Shown here in pieces: positions 12,812-24,574 of a stretch of DNA of 64,000 bases. The stretch's first letter is position 1, and each line of letters begins with the position of its first letter. Source of the stretch: Blastocystis sp. ATCC 50177/Nand II (Eukaryota). The translations under genes were made by a program, and so were the position numbers. The stretch spans positions 806,001-870,000 of the forward strand of contig JBBPEE010000035.1 of NCBI GenBank assembly GCA_039096935.1, written 5' to 3'. The notes below the pieces were generated by a model. The model saw only the letters and a program-made list of their open reading frames with translations. It had not been told where the DNA came from and searched no databases.

Positions 12812-14533
12812 AAGTAGTGGCACAAACCCCTGAAATGGCACAAACCCCGGAACGACCTCTTAGTTCTTTTTCACCAATTTTCATGTGGATAGGTATTAGT
12901 GTAAGAAACATGTTTATTCAATCAAATGTTCTAGAATCTTCCAGAATCTTCCAAAACGAATAACAGAAATCATTACCTTTTTGGCCAATCTTCATTATTT
13001 CTTTGAGATGAACCGCGTGTTTGCAAGGAGTGAAGTGAGGAATCAAACCTCACCCAGAAAGAAGTTCAGCGCCATCAAACGGCTGAGCGGCGATGTGAAT
13101 TGCGATGATGTCGATTCCAATCAACTTCTTCAGAAGAAACTGAAACTCTCCAAATCATCCTACTATAGTGCAGTGAATGCGATGAAAGAGGGGAGGGAGG
13201 TTGGGCGCAACGGGAGACCACCCTATCTTCGAGATGTGGAAAAGGTCGAATTTTGGGACTGGGTGGAGTGCAAGTCCCATGAGGGTAATTGTGCAACTAT
13301 GAAGGAGATGCGCGAGTATGTTACGGACATTGTCCGGGCCAAACGCCCCGCCGTTTTGCATAACCGGAGATTGGTGTCCAGAGGGTACATTCGCAAAATC
13401 TTGGGGGAGGGGGGGCTTTTGCTGGATAAGTGTTGCAATTCCTATACTACTAAGAAACTACTATCCATTGATGAGGCGAGCGAGTTCTTCGCTCTCGTGG
13501 GTAAGGTTCTGAAAGAGTACGGAATTACACCTGATCTTGTTTTCAATTTTGACGAATCGTGGATCTCGCCCCAGGACAAGGCGCCGCGCTGTAAAGTAGC
13601 TCATGCCCGTGGGGATATCCCTACCAAGAAGCAGGGCAATCCGAGAGAGCACTATACTCTGGTAGGCTGTATCTCGGGGGCGGGTCTGGCATTACCCGAG
13701 TATTACATTATCCCTCCCAGAAAGCGCCTCGCGCCGATTCTGGAGAAGATTCATTTGGATAATAACTACATTGCCCAGTCCGCGAAGGGTTGGATGAGCA
13801 ATGAGAGCTTAGCTCGGTGGATGCGCGATCTGCTGATTCCCGCGGTAAATCAGATCAGAGGCAACAACAAGGATAGACATGCCCTGATAATAGCAGATGC
13901 GCACGCAAGTCGGTATGACAAGGCTGTGGAGCGAGCTTTAAGAAGTGAAAACATCCATATGGTCATCCTGCCTGCGAAGACCACTGCTCTCCTCCAACCC
14001 CTGGACGTGGGGATCTATAGTCCCTATAAGACCCACCTCAAGGAGTACTGCAAGAGCAACGGGATAGAAGCCGTGCTCGATGCTTCTAGAAACGCCTTTT
14101 CGGATGCCTTCACAAGAAGCAACATCCTGCAGGCCTGGAAGCGAACGACACTGCTTTCTGATGACCACTCCTCCATCCTAGCTCAGCTGCCGGAGAAGAA
14201 CGAAGAACGCCGCAATTGCCGGAAATCGCGATTGACGGGAGTGAAGCTGTTCTGAGCCTGGCCAAATTCGGTGTGATAGTGTTTTGTTGTAAACACAAAG
14301 AAAATGCAAAAGGGTTTGAAGAAATAGGCCTTGTGGGGGAGAAATGACGAAAGATACGGTCGACCAATGAGATTTGAGGACCGTTTTTCTCCAGATTCTT
14401 CCATAGGAGCTCTTGACTATCTATGGCTTAACCCTAATAACTCTTCATGTACTATCCATTGGGCAGGGTAGTGGGCGTTTCGCCGGTGGTCGTTCCGGGG
14501 TTTGTGCCATTTCAGGGGTTTGTGCCACTACTT
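12812..14533 (+). mobile_element. pogo-like transposon copy 2, 1722 bp
   Basis: Same TIRs; TA duplication at 12810-12811 and 14534-14535; same 424-codon ORF. Confidence 0.95.
13008..14255 (+). CDS. pogo-type DD35D transposase, copy 2
   Basis: Translation identical to copy 1 in the ORF track. Confidence 0.92.
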   Translation: MNRVFARSEVRNQTSPRKKFSAIKRLSGDVNCDDVDSNQLLQKKLKLSKSSYYSAVNAMKEGREVGRNGRPPYLRDVEKVEFWDWVECKSHEGNCATMKEMREYVTDIVRAKRPAVLHNRRLVSRGYIRKILGEGGLLLDKCCNSYTTKKLLSIDEASEFFALVGKVLKEYGITPDLVFNFDESWISPQDKAPRCKVAHARGDIPTKKQGNPREHYTLVGCISGAGLALPEYYIIPPRKRLAPILEKIHLDNNYIAQSAKGWMSNESLARWMRDLLIPAVNQIRGNNKDRHALIIADAHASRYDKAVERALRSENIHMVILPAKTTALLQPLDVGIYSPYKTHLKEYCKSNGIEAVLDASRNAFSDAFTRSNILQAWKRTTLLSDDHSSILAQLPEKNEERRNCRKSRLTGVKLF

Positions 14534-15429
14534 TATTCCATATGTGAGATTGAGAATGTGCTTTCTTTGGAAGTGATTGAAATGGGAGAATTGAACGGAG
14601 ATGGTTGCAATTTCAAGTATGCTTCATTGGAATTGAAGAGTGATTCTGAAAGAATGAAATGATGAATAGACTTGCCCAGTTTGAAATCACTCCTGTTTGG
14701 TTATTGTGCATTCCGTGAGTGTTCTCGTGTGGTATTTGAGAGTGAATGGATTGAAGAGGGAATGATGAATAGATTTGCCTGAATTGACTTCGATTCAACT
14801 CGATGGTGGTGCATTTTGTTTCAAGGATAATGAATCGAGTGAATTGATCATGCGAAGTGGTTATGATGAAGAGAAGTGATGAATAGATTTGCCTATACTC
14901 ACAACACTCACTACTGTTAATGGCAGTAGCACATTCTACAGCCCTCGTTCCATCACGCTGGAGGGTATGTCTTATCACTCTGTCCTCACAAGCAGACATG
15001 CCCTCTCTCACCACTGTTACTCTTACCGAGGGCATTGCTTTCAAACGCAGTACAACCGTTCACACCAAGAGTGCCTCTCCCTCCTCTCCCTTATCTCTAG
15101 ACATCTCTCCTGCTCTTTCTTCCTACCTCTCCTTTCCTCCTTCTTTCATACACACCTCTTCCAAACCATTCACCCAACTCCTTATTAATCCCTTTACAAA
15201 CCGCCTTCTCCACTCATGACAAACAAAGACATCACTATGAAGGACTGCTCTGGGATGGATCCCGCAACACACCTCTTCATCCACATGACGCATGAACAAC
15301 AAACACCTCTTCAAAACAATCCCCCTCTCACTCCACCATCAGGAACACAACCCTCCAAAGACCCCGCATCTACCACTGAACCCCCTTCCCCACATCCACT
15401 CTTCTTCACAGAATGACTCACATGTGTGA

Positions 15430-16800
15430 ACGCCTTGACAGGAATCGAAACCCTGCGAACCAACGGCAAGTCTCATCCACTCACTCACTCTCAACAACCA
15501 CATCCCGAACCCAGCGAAACGTCATGTTGACCGTTCTTCTTCCAAACGACGGTGCTGAAATCGCTTCCAATTTCGGCATGTCTATTCCTCATCACCATCA
15601 CACGCCCTCACTTCGCATGACCAGCAGAGAACACCATTCGCGGTCATAGAAGCAGCACGAATAAGACCCCATGTCAATGGACACCAACTCGGGGAGATCT
15701 GCTCATAACACACTCACCCAACAGCCACCTTCGAGAATCACTCTACTGCAGCAATCAAAACTGCCATTTCCCAGCATCAGCATCTTCAGCACAGGCAAAT
15801 CTACTCCTGAACTCACTCCAACACATACCCCTGATTTCAAGCGACGCGGATCGGAAACAGCCCCTTTTCTCATCACTCTCCATCGTGCCCAACTGCACAG
15901 ACTCCAGCATCGGCAGGGATTGGAGAACGCAGGAGGTGCAGCACGAGAAGGAGTCGTTGCCCACGACCAGCGTCTTCAGAGCGGGACAGTCCTTGACGAC
16001 GAAGGGCTTCGATGCGGTAGAGACAGAGTCGCCGATCGCAACGCTCTCCAAGCAGTCTGCCCCCACTAGCTCCACCGCCCCTGCAAACGCGCAGTTGCTG
16101 CCAATCGCAAGCACGCGCAGACGAGGCATAAGCGAGCATTCGAGGCTTTTCCAGTCCGCCAGGAAGCGGGACTCGCTCGGAACGCACAGCTCCTCCACGC
16201 GGTTGTGCAGGACGGTTGGACGGTCGTCGCTCACCACCACCTTCTTCTCCATCTCGTGCTCGTCATTCAGCCACTCGCCTTCAAACACCGTGTTGCCTCT
16301 GCGGTCATACTGAACGCCTCGTCCCCAGCGCTTTCCTTCACACCATTCTCCTTCGTACTCCACCTTCTGAATGTCCGAATAGTACCGCGTGCCGTAGCAC
16401 ACATACGCTTCGCCAATCATGAACCCTTCATACTTCTTCTCGCCTTCTTTATCATACAACACGCCCCAACCACAGGGTTGGTTGTTGAGCACATCGCCTT
16501 CCCATCATCACTCAAATCCAACACCTGCTTGTGTTCAATGCCACTCACGTTCAGCACCGTCTTCTTCTCCACATTCACAACCACCAGCCTCTTCTCGTTC
16601 ACCTCCAACACAACCGAGCCGGCACAAATCACACCCTTGTGAAGCACGGCTCCTTCCTTCCCAACACCGAGCTGGAAAAGGGAAACCGTCATGGAGAGCA
16701 GTTTGAGCGTCAATTCCTCCAGACGCAGGCCAGCGAGTCTACAGAACACACTGCCCAGACAACCCACTTTGGATTGGGAGTCTCAATCGCGTTCATGTCA
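15430..16800 (-). pseudogene. Divergent MORN-LRR family paralogue C; no kinase seen
   Basis: IEHKQVLDLSDDG, MORN repeats QPCGWGVLYD and YEGEWCEGKRWGRG, GC-rich LRRs; frameshifting deletion near 16505 (ERW of DDGERWEG lost). Confidence 0.7.
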
Positions 16801-17543
16801 GAATTATGTGGATTGGAGGATTTCATAGTGAAAGCATTCTCCTCCTCGCAATGAACGCTGTGTTATCAATGTAGGTCCTATCCACTGAAAGTGATTTACT
16901 CTTCCTTCTCCATCAAAAACACACTCTCCCTTGCATTCACAACGCCATTCACCAGAATCATCATTACACCCTCCATGCAGAAATCACTCCCCATTTCTCC
17001 TTGTCCTTCCCATTTCATATCATCTCAAAGTGAAAATGAATCGAAAGCTCTTCAGAATCGAGATGCAACACAATTCACATCCTACATTTGATTTCCACAC
17101 CTTCACCTCCTACCCTTTCATTCTCATAAAGCGCAGCACCTTCATTCTCGCATTACACCCATTCTACTCGAAACTCGCTTCCACTCACTCTCCTCCCCAT
17201 TCTCCAACACCTCTCCCTCACAAACGACCCAATTCCTCACTCTTCCCATTCACACTCCAAAACTCACAAAACACCCCATTTCCTTCAACCTTCAATTCAA
17301 TTACCCCTCCTCAATCTTCTTTATCTCCCTTCCAACATCCATTCAACAATCACCACCCATCTGCTTCCAATCACAAAACCTCCCATCTCACCATCACCAA
17401 CACTCTCCCACAAACCCACCACACCCTTCCCCTCCCATTCGCCAATCCATCTCTAACTTACCCCCAAAAGAAAAGAAAACACAACACACGCACTCCCCTC
17501 CCAGCATTTCACTACTCCTCTCCATTCAAAAGAAAGCACAGCA

Positions 17544-20500
17544 ATGCATCTTTACAACCTCACGATTCACAAACCGTCGGTGGTGCAACGCTCGATCTAT
17601 GGTTGGTGCCGTTTGTGCTGATGTGATGGACATTGGCAGCTTCAGCTCGCCGAAGACGGAGGAGTTTATCATTTCGAGAGGAAACATCATCGAGCTGTGG
17701 AGACTGGACGAAAGCGGAAACGTCAACGTGATCTGCAGCTACGAGGTATACGGTCTCATCCGGTCGCTCAAGCCCTTCCGTTTGTCTGGTACAATCCAAT
17801 CCACTTTCCTAACGCGTAGGAAACGACACGGATTTCATTCTCATCGGCTCGGACAGCGGACGCATCGTGGTACTGTGGTTCAACGGCGAAACGAATGCCT
17901 TTGAGAAAATCCACCAATAGACCTTCGGAAAGGTGGGCGTGATTCGCGGTTTGCCCGGACAGTACCTGGCGGTGGATCCCACCGGTCGCGCCTTCATGAT
18001 CAGTCTTCCCCTTGCAATTGAGTAACTCATAGGCGCGATCGAGAAGCAGAATCTCGTGTACGTGCTGAATCGCGATTCCAAGAACAACGTCACCATTTCC
18101 TCGCCGCTGGAGGCTTACAAATCACAAACCATCGTCCTGACGACGGAGGGACTGGACGTGGGCTACGACAACCCGATCTTCGCCTGCCTGGAGCTAAACT
18201 ACGCGGAGGCGGACGAGGACCCGACGGGCGAGGCTGCGGCGCACACGGAGAAGCTGCTGACGTTCTACCAGCTGGACCTGGGTCTGAACCACGTGATTCG
18301 CAAGTGAAGTGAACGGCGAACCTGCTGGCGCGAGGTGCGAATCCCTCAACACTGTGAGGCGTAGTGCTGGGCGTGGACGGTCCGGGCGGCGTGCTGGTGT
18401 TCGCGGAGAACTGGGTGCTGTACCGCAACGAGGGCCACCCCGAGCTGCGCGTGCCGATTCCGCGACGCGAGTTCTTGCTGGAGGACAAGGGCGTGCTGAT
18501 CGTGGCGTGGGCCCTGTTCCACCAGCGCGTGATTGCAGTGGCGGTGTGTGAGGCGTAGGACAAGTTCTTCTACTTAGCGCAGAGCGAGCTGGGCGACGTG
18601 TTCAAGATCACGCTGGGCTTCGACGACGCGCGCGTGCACGACCTGACCATCCAGTACTTCGACACCATCCCCGTCGCCACCTCACTCCACATCACCAAGC
18701 ACGGCCTGCTGCTGGCCACCTCGGAGGTCGGCGACCAGTATGACTTCTCCTCCTCTCTCACCCGCAGCTGCGTCTATCAGTTCTTCAGCCTCGGCGACGG
18801 CGACGTGGCGGAAGCCTCCTTCTCCACGCTACTCGGTGCGGACGGCTCCGTGCAGATTCCGCTCTTCTCCCCGCGGGAGCTGACCAACATCAAACCCATC
18901 CACTTCCTCCCGTCGCTCGCACCGCTCATCAAACTCCACGCCCCTCATCAAACTCCACGCGCTCTGCGGTCGCGGCAGCCGTGCGCAGCTGAAGGTGTTG
19001 CAACACGGTCTGTCGGTGTCGCTCCTGTCACAAAACACACTGCCGTACGCGCCGCGCGGGCTATGGATGCTGCGCGACGAGCACAGCGGCTGCGACAAGT
19101 TCATGGTGATCAGCTTCAACAACGCCACCATCGTGCTGTCTGTGGGCGACGCTGTGGAGCAGGTCAACGACACGGGCTTCAAGGCGGACGAGGCGACGCT
19201 GCTGGCGGGCGTGCTGGACGGCGGCTCCTACCTGCAGGTGTGTCCCGGCGGCTTCCGACAGATCTTCGAGGACGGGCACACGAAAGTGTGGGATCCCCCC
19301 AGCCGGCGATCGATCGTGTGCGCAGCGATGAACAGCCGTCAGGTGGTGGTGGCCCTGTCGAACGGCGAGGTGGTGTACTTTGAGCTGGACGAGCAGTACG
19401 CGTGGGCAGAACGCGAGAGCCTCAACCGCAAGGAGGAGGTGACGTGCTCTCCGCACAAACCCTGCGCGCACCGTTTTTGGTGGTGGGGTACGGAGACCGC
19501 ACCTGCCGCGTGTACAGCCTGGCGCCCACGGCGCTGCTGGAGGAGATTTCGATGATCACGCTGGACGCCATTCCCTCCGATCTCTCTCTTGATCGCATGC
19601 GCATGGGACAGTCCGTTTCCGCCAATTCTTCTAGCACGACTGGCACGACAACTCACGCTACAGAAACGCTCCTCCTCACGGTGGGCACGGAGAACGGGAC
19701 GGTGCTGCGCGTGGAGGTGGACGAGCGCACGGGCAAGCTGGGCATGGCGCGGTCGCCGCGGCTGCTGGGTCCGCGCCCGATCCGGCTGTTCAAGGTGGTG
19801 GTGGAGGGGCAGCGGTGCGTGTTGGCGCTGAGCCTGAAGCCGTGGCTGTGCTACTGCGCGGGCAACACGATGATGCTGACGCCGCTGGTGTGCGAGAGCA
19901 TGGACTTCGCCGCCTGCTTCAACACGCCGCAGTGCACCGACGGCCTGGTGATGCTGCGCAGCGCCGACCTCCAGATCCTCCGCGTGGACAGCCTCAGTCA
20001 ACCCTTCGCCGCCGCCTCCATGCCGCTCTCCTATACGCCGCGGCAGCTGGCGGCCTACCCCGGCACCTCCTGCCTGATCCTGCTGGAGACGCAGCACCAC
20101 GCCTTCTCGGAGCTGGAGAAGCAGGCCTTCTACCAGCAGCACGACGTCGCCTACGTGAACGAGTACGATTGCGGCGCGCCCGTGCCCGCCGACCGCGAGA
20201 AGTGGGCCTCCTGCATCCGCGTGGTGGACGCGGCGACGCTGCGCACGCTGGAACGCTTCGAGCTGGCGGACAACGAGGCGGCCTTCTCCGTGTGCGTGTG
20301 TCCCTTCCACGACAAGGGCGAGGAGCCGTTCGTGGTGATCGGCACGGCGAAGAACCTTCGCCTGCACCCGCGCAGCTGTTCCGAGGGCTTCATCTCGGTA
20401 TTCCGCTTCGTGGAGGGGCGCTTGCTGGAGTTGGTGCTCCTCTTTGTGGAGGGGCGCTTGCTGGAGTTGGTGCTCCTCTTTGTGGAGGGGCGCTTGCTGG

Positions 20501-20868
20501 AGTTGGTGTTCCGCTTCGTGGAGGGGCGCTTGCTGGAGTTGGTGCTCCTCTTTGTGGAGGGGCGCTTGCTGGAGTTGGTGCTCCTCTTTGTGGAGGGGCG
20601 CTTGCTGGAGTTGGTGTTCCGCTTCGTGGAGGGCCGCTTGCTGGAGTTGGTGCTCCTCTTTGTGGAGGGGCGCTTGCTGGAGTTGGTGCTCCTCTTTGTG
20701 GAGGGCCGCTTGCTGGAGTTGGTGTTCCTCTTTGTGGAGGGGCGCTTGCTGGAGTTGGTGTTCCTCTTTGTGGAGGGGCGCTTGCTGGAGTTGGTGCTCC
20801 TCTTTGTGGAGGGCCGCTTGCTGGAGTTGGTGCTCCGCACGGAGGTGGACGAGGTGCTGTCGGTAGGC
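17544..20868 (+). pseudogene. SF3B3: Splicing factor 3B subunit 3 (SAP130/Rse1) pseudogene, truncated
   Basis: MHLYNLT start, [63 protein letters not shown]; nonsense codons TAG 17918 (HQ*TFGK) and TGA 18305 (RK*SE); frameshifts; 3' part replaced by TE sequence. Confidence 0.92.
20401..20832 (+). repeat. 12 x 36-bp tandem repeat (xxFVEGRLLELV) with a 108-bp higher-order period
   Basis: Unit starts run FR,LL,LL,FR,LL,LL,FR,LL,LL,FL,FL,LL. Confidence 0.95.
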
Positions 20869-22093
20869 CTTCTCCTCCACCGGGGTGATCTTCTCTAGTT
20901 CTACTACACCGACGCTGTCCTTCTCTATGTCATCTTCACAGATGATTCTTCTTCTTAGGGCTTTTCCATCCTCTCCGTCATTCTCCTCCATTTGTCTTAT
21001 CCTTGGATCCTCCACACTTAACAGAGAGAGGAGAGTAACACGGTTCTTATCATTCATGTAAGTGGACTTGAAGCTCTCCTTCCAGAAGAAGGCCTTCTCT
21101 CGGTCCAATTGACTCGGGAGTCTGAACAGATCTGTCAACTGCTCTCGCGCTTTTCCAACCACCGTTCGCCTGATTCTTCAGCAACCCAAGAAGGTATTCA
21201 CAGAAGAAGTCATCCTTCTCCTTCATCGTGCCGCCGTTGATGGTATTCTCGAAGAGGTGAATGGCGTTATGCCAGCTGGTGTTCGTGAAGCCAGGAGGAG
21301 TGATCGTTTCAATCACCCCCATGAAGAACTTGAGTCTCTTCTGTGCCTCAAGAGCCCTTTCAGGGTACCGATTGAAGGCATACAAGTAGCCTATCAACTG
21401 CAGACACTCAGACAGAGCAAAGATGAACGGATGACTCAAAGAGTCCTGGAAGACCCATCTGAAGAGACAGAGACAGAAGAGGATCTTCTGCTCGCACGTC
21501 AGCTTCACGTAGTAGGAGGGAAGAATGATGTCCTCCATCACCCATGTGAATCCAACCTGCTCCTGACGGAATTGACGCAGCCGCTGCATCGCACAGACCA
21601 TAGTCGCCTCCGGGTTTTTCCATATTTCCATGGAATCAACAGGCAGCCCATTCTTGTCCCTGAATAGACCATTGATGCACTCCGAAAAGGCCGGTAAATC
21701 CGCCATGACAGATGGAGTAGGAAGGAGCCCATTCATGTATCGGAGGTTTCGGTAGAAGAAATTAGGAATGAAATGCATACAATCCAAGAGACTCCGGGTC
21801 TTCTCCTCCACCGGGGTGATCTTCTCTAGTTCTACTACACCGACGCTGTCCTTCTCTATGTCATCTTCACAGATGATTCTTCTTCTTAGGGCTTTTCCAT
21901 CCTCTCCGTCATTCTCCTCCATTTGTCTTATCCTTGGATCCTCCACACTTAACAGAGAGAGGAGAGTAACACGGTTCTTATCATTCATGTAAGTGGACTT
22001 GAAGCTCTCCTTCCAGAAGAAGGCCTTCTCTCGGTCCAATTGACTCGGGAGTCTGAACAAATCTGTCCACTGCTCTCGCGCTTTTCCAACCAC
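20869..22093. repeat. ~294-bp direct duplication (20869-21162 and 21800-22093)
   Basis: cttctcctccaccggggtgatc...ttttccaaccac present twice, offset 931 bp, very few mismatches. Confidence 0.92.
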
Positions 22094-22850
22094 TGTACGC
22101 AACGTAGATCCTGTTCACCAGTAGATGCCTCCCTCTCCAACGCATTGATCTTGTCGACTCGTTCCTTCTTACTGCTCCTATTCGCAACAAAGCTATCATT
22201 CGTGTAAACGTCCTGCGCTCCAGAGGAGTAGAAGGGTGGGGAGACATCCCCGCTAATCGCTCTCTTCCCCAAAGTACACTCAAGGTCATACTGCTGATAG
22301 AGCCCTGTGAAAGGCTCCAGTCTCCAACGCTGACAGTCCCCAAACATGCAGTGGTGAGCCGAACAATGCTTCGCCGGATGGTTGGAGAACGCCTCCAAGG
22401 CCATCATATTTCCGCATATCCAATCTGCTACCCAACGAACATGATGGCATTTACAATGTAGTTGTAATACACACCTTCTTCTCCCACCGCACTAAGCACC
22501 TTCAGTATGGAATTCGCTCTCTCCTCACACTTCTTCTTCCCTCCCTTTCCCATCACCGTGACAAACCGCGAGAACACCTCGTTCACCGCATTATAGCAAT
22601 TGCAGTTCTCAATCAACAGGGACAATGCATAGAAGGATGAGTACTTCCTCGTGTAATTGTCGTAGGCAACAAAGCCATCTGTGAAGATGTTGAGAAAGAC
22701 GGTGTGTTCAACACCTCGCGCATCCCAGCTGGACAACGGCGCGTAATTGGAGGTGAGTTCTTCTCACGAGGACCTTCAAGAAAGGGAGCATCTTCATGTG
22801 GAGAACAAGGAGATGCACATGCTGTCAGTACTGTTACTCTTAACAAGGAA
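21163..22850 (-). mobile_element. Broken CACTA/EnSpm(CMC)-like transposase
   Basis: LNIFTDGF, HHCMFGDC, LDCMH, HNAIHL...GTM...FFCEYLLGLLK resemble conserved EnSpm-type transposase blocks in the expected order; split over several frames; termini not found. Confidence 0.6.
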
Positions 22851-22852
22851 TA

Positions 22853-24574
22853 AAGTAGTGGCACAAACCCCTGAAATGGCACAAACCCCGGAACGACCAC
22901 CGGCGAAACGCCCACTACCCTGCCCAATGGATAGTACATGAAGAGTTATTAGGGTTAAGCCATAGATAGTCAAGAGCTCCTATGGAAGAATCTGGAGAAA
23001 AACGGTCCTCAAATCTCATTGGTCGACCGTATCTTTCGTCATTTCTCCCCCACAAGGCCTATTTCTTCAAACCCTTTTGCATTTTCTTTGTGTTTACAAC
23101 AAAACACTATCACACCGAATTTGGCCAGGCTCAGAACAGCTTCACTCCCGTCAATCGCGATTTCCGGCAATTGCGGCGTTCTTCGTTCTTCTCCGGCAGC
23201 TGAGCTAGGATGGAGGAGTGGTCATCAGAAAGCAGTGTCGTTCGCTTCCAGGCCTGCAGGATGTTGCTTCTTGTGAAGGCATCCGAAAAGGCGTTTCTAG
23301 AAGCATCGAGCACGGCTTCTATCCCGTTGCTCTTGCAGTACTCCTTGAGGTGGGTCTTATAGGGACTATAGATCCCCACGTCCAGGGGTTGGAGGAGAGC
23401 AGTGGTCTTCGCAGGCAGGATGACCATATGGATGTTTTCACTTCTTAAAGCTCGCTCCACAGCCTTGTCATACCGACTTGCGTGCGCATCTGCTATTATC
23501 AGGGCATGTCTATCCTTGTTGTTGCCTCTGATCTGATTTACCGCGGGAATCAGCAGATCGCGCATCCACCGAGCTAAGCTCTCATTGCTCATCCAACCCT
23601 TCGCGGACTGGGCAATGTAGTTATTATCCAAATGAATCTTCTCCAGAATCGGCGCGAGGCGCTTTCTGGGAGGGATAATGTAATACTCGGGTAATGCCAG
23701 ACCCGCCCCCGAGATACAGCCTACCAGAGTATAGTGCTCTCTCGGATTGCCCTGCTTCTTGGTAGGGATATCCCCACGGGCATGAGCTACTTTACAGCGC
23801 GGCGCCTTGTCCTGGGGCGAGATCCACGATTCGTCAAAATTGAAAACAAGATCAGGTGTAATTCCGTACTCTTTCAGAACCTTACCCACGAGAGCGAAGA
23901 ACTCGCTCGCCTCATCAATGGATAGTAGTTTCTTAGTAGTATAGGAATTGCAACACTTATCCAGCAAAAGCCCCCCCTCCCCCAAGATTTTGCGAATGTA
24001 CCCTCTGGACACCAATCTCCGGTTATGCAAAACGGCGGGGCGTTTGGCCCGGACAATGTCCGTAACATACTCGCGCATCTCCTTCATAGTTGCACAATTA
24101 CCCTCATGGGACTTGCACTCCACCCAGTCCCAAAATTCGACCTTTTCCACATCTCGAAGATAGGGTGGTCTCCCGTTGCGCCCAACCTCCCTCCCCTCTT
24201 TCATCGCATTCACTGCACTATAGTAGGATGATTTGGAGAGTTTCAGTTTCTTCTGAAGAAGTTGATTGGAATCGACATCATCGCAATTCACATCGCCGCT
24301 CAGCCGTTTGATGGCGCTGAACTTCTTTCTGGGTGAGGTTTGATTCCTCACTTCACTCCTTGCAAACACGCGGTTCATCTCAAAGAAATAATGAAGATTG
24401 GCCAAAAAGGTAATGATTTCTGTTATTCGTTTTGGAAGATTCTGGAAGATTCTAGAACATTTGATTGAATAAACATGTTTCTTACACTAATACCTATCCA
24501 CATGAAAATTGGTGAAAAAGAACTAAGAGGTCGTTCCGGGGTTTGTGCCATTTCAGGGGTTTGTGCCACTACTT
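22853..24574 (-). mobile_element. pogo-like transposon copy 3, 1722 bp, inverted
   Basis: Same TIRs; TA duplication at 22851-22852 and 24575-24576. Confidence 0.95.
23131..24378 (-). CDS. pogo-type DD35D transposase, copy 3
   Basis: Translation identical to copies 1 and 2. Confidence 0.92.
   Translation of the reverse strand: MNRVFARSEVRNQTSPRKKFSAIKRLSGDVNCDDVDSNQLLQKKLKLSKSSYYSAVNAMKEGREVGRNGRPPYLRDVEKVEFWDWVECKSHEGNCATMKEMREYVTDIVRAKRPAVLHNRRLVSRGYIRKILGEGGLLLDKCCNSYTTKKLLSIDEASEFFALVGKVLKEYGITPDLVFNFDESWISPQDKAPRCKVAHARGDIPTKKQGNPREHYTLVGCISGAGLALPEYYIIPPRKRLAPILEKIHLDNNYIAQSAKGWMSNESLARWMRDLLIPAVNQIRGNNKDRHALIIADAHASRYDKAVERALRSENIHMVILPAKTTALLQPLDVGIYSPYKTHLKEYCKSNGIEAVLDASRNAFSDAFTRSNILQAWKRTTLLSDDHSSILAQLPEKNEERRNCRKSRLTGVKLF

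Larger units (their letters stand above)
7306..15130 (+). pseudogene. Pseudokinase-MORN-LRR family paralogue B with three LRR blocks, interrupted by two pogo transposons
   Basis: MSDIVRIGDYELLE start, HGDVRPVN, KLGYYG, APE, MORN repeats 10200-10460, LRR exons 10943-15110; removing each element plus one TA restores the frame (WIVKTDG; SFSDYSICEIEN). Confidence 0.85.

Noticed and set aside
17918..18307. Stop-codon reassignment to explain TAG/TGA in SF3B3
   Set aside because: The same gene has frameshifts and truncation, and intact ORFs in the window end at TAA, TAG and TGA normally
20401..20832. 36-bp repeat as a CRISPR array
   Set aside because: Units are contiguous with no spacers and derive from SF3B3 coding sequence; eukaryotic context, no cas genes
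19339..21162. 607-aa minus-strand ORF and other repeat-frame ORFs
   Set aside because: Antisense shadow of GC-rich SF3B3 and the repeat, fused to the duplicated TE segment
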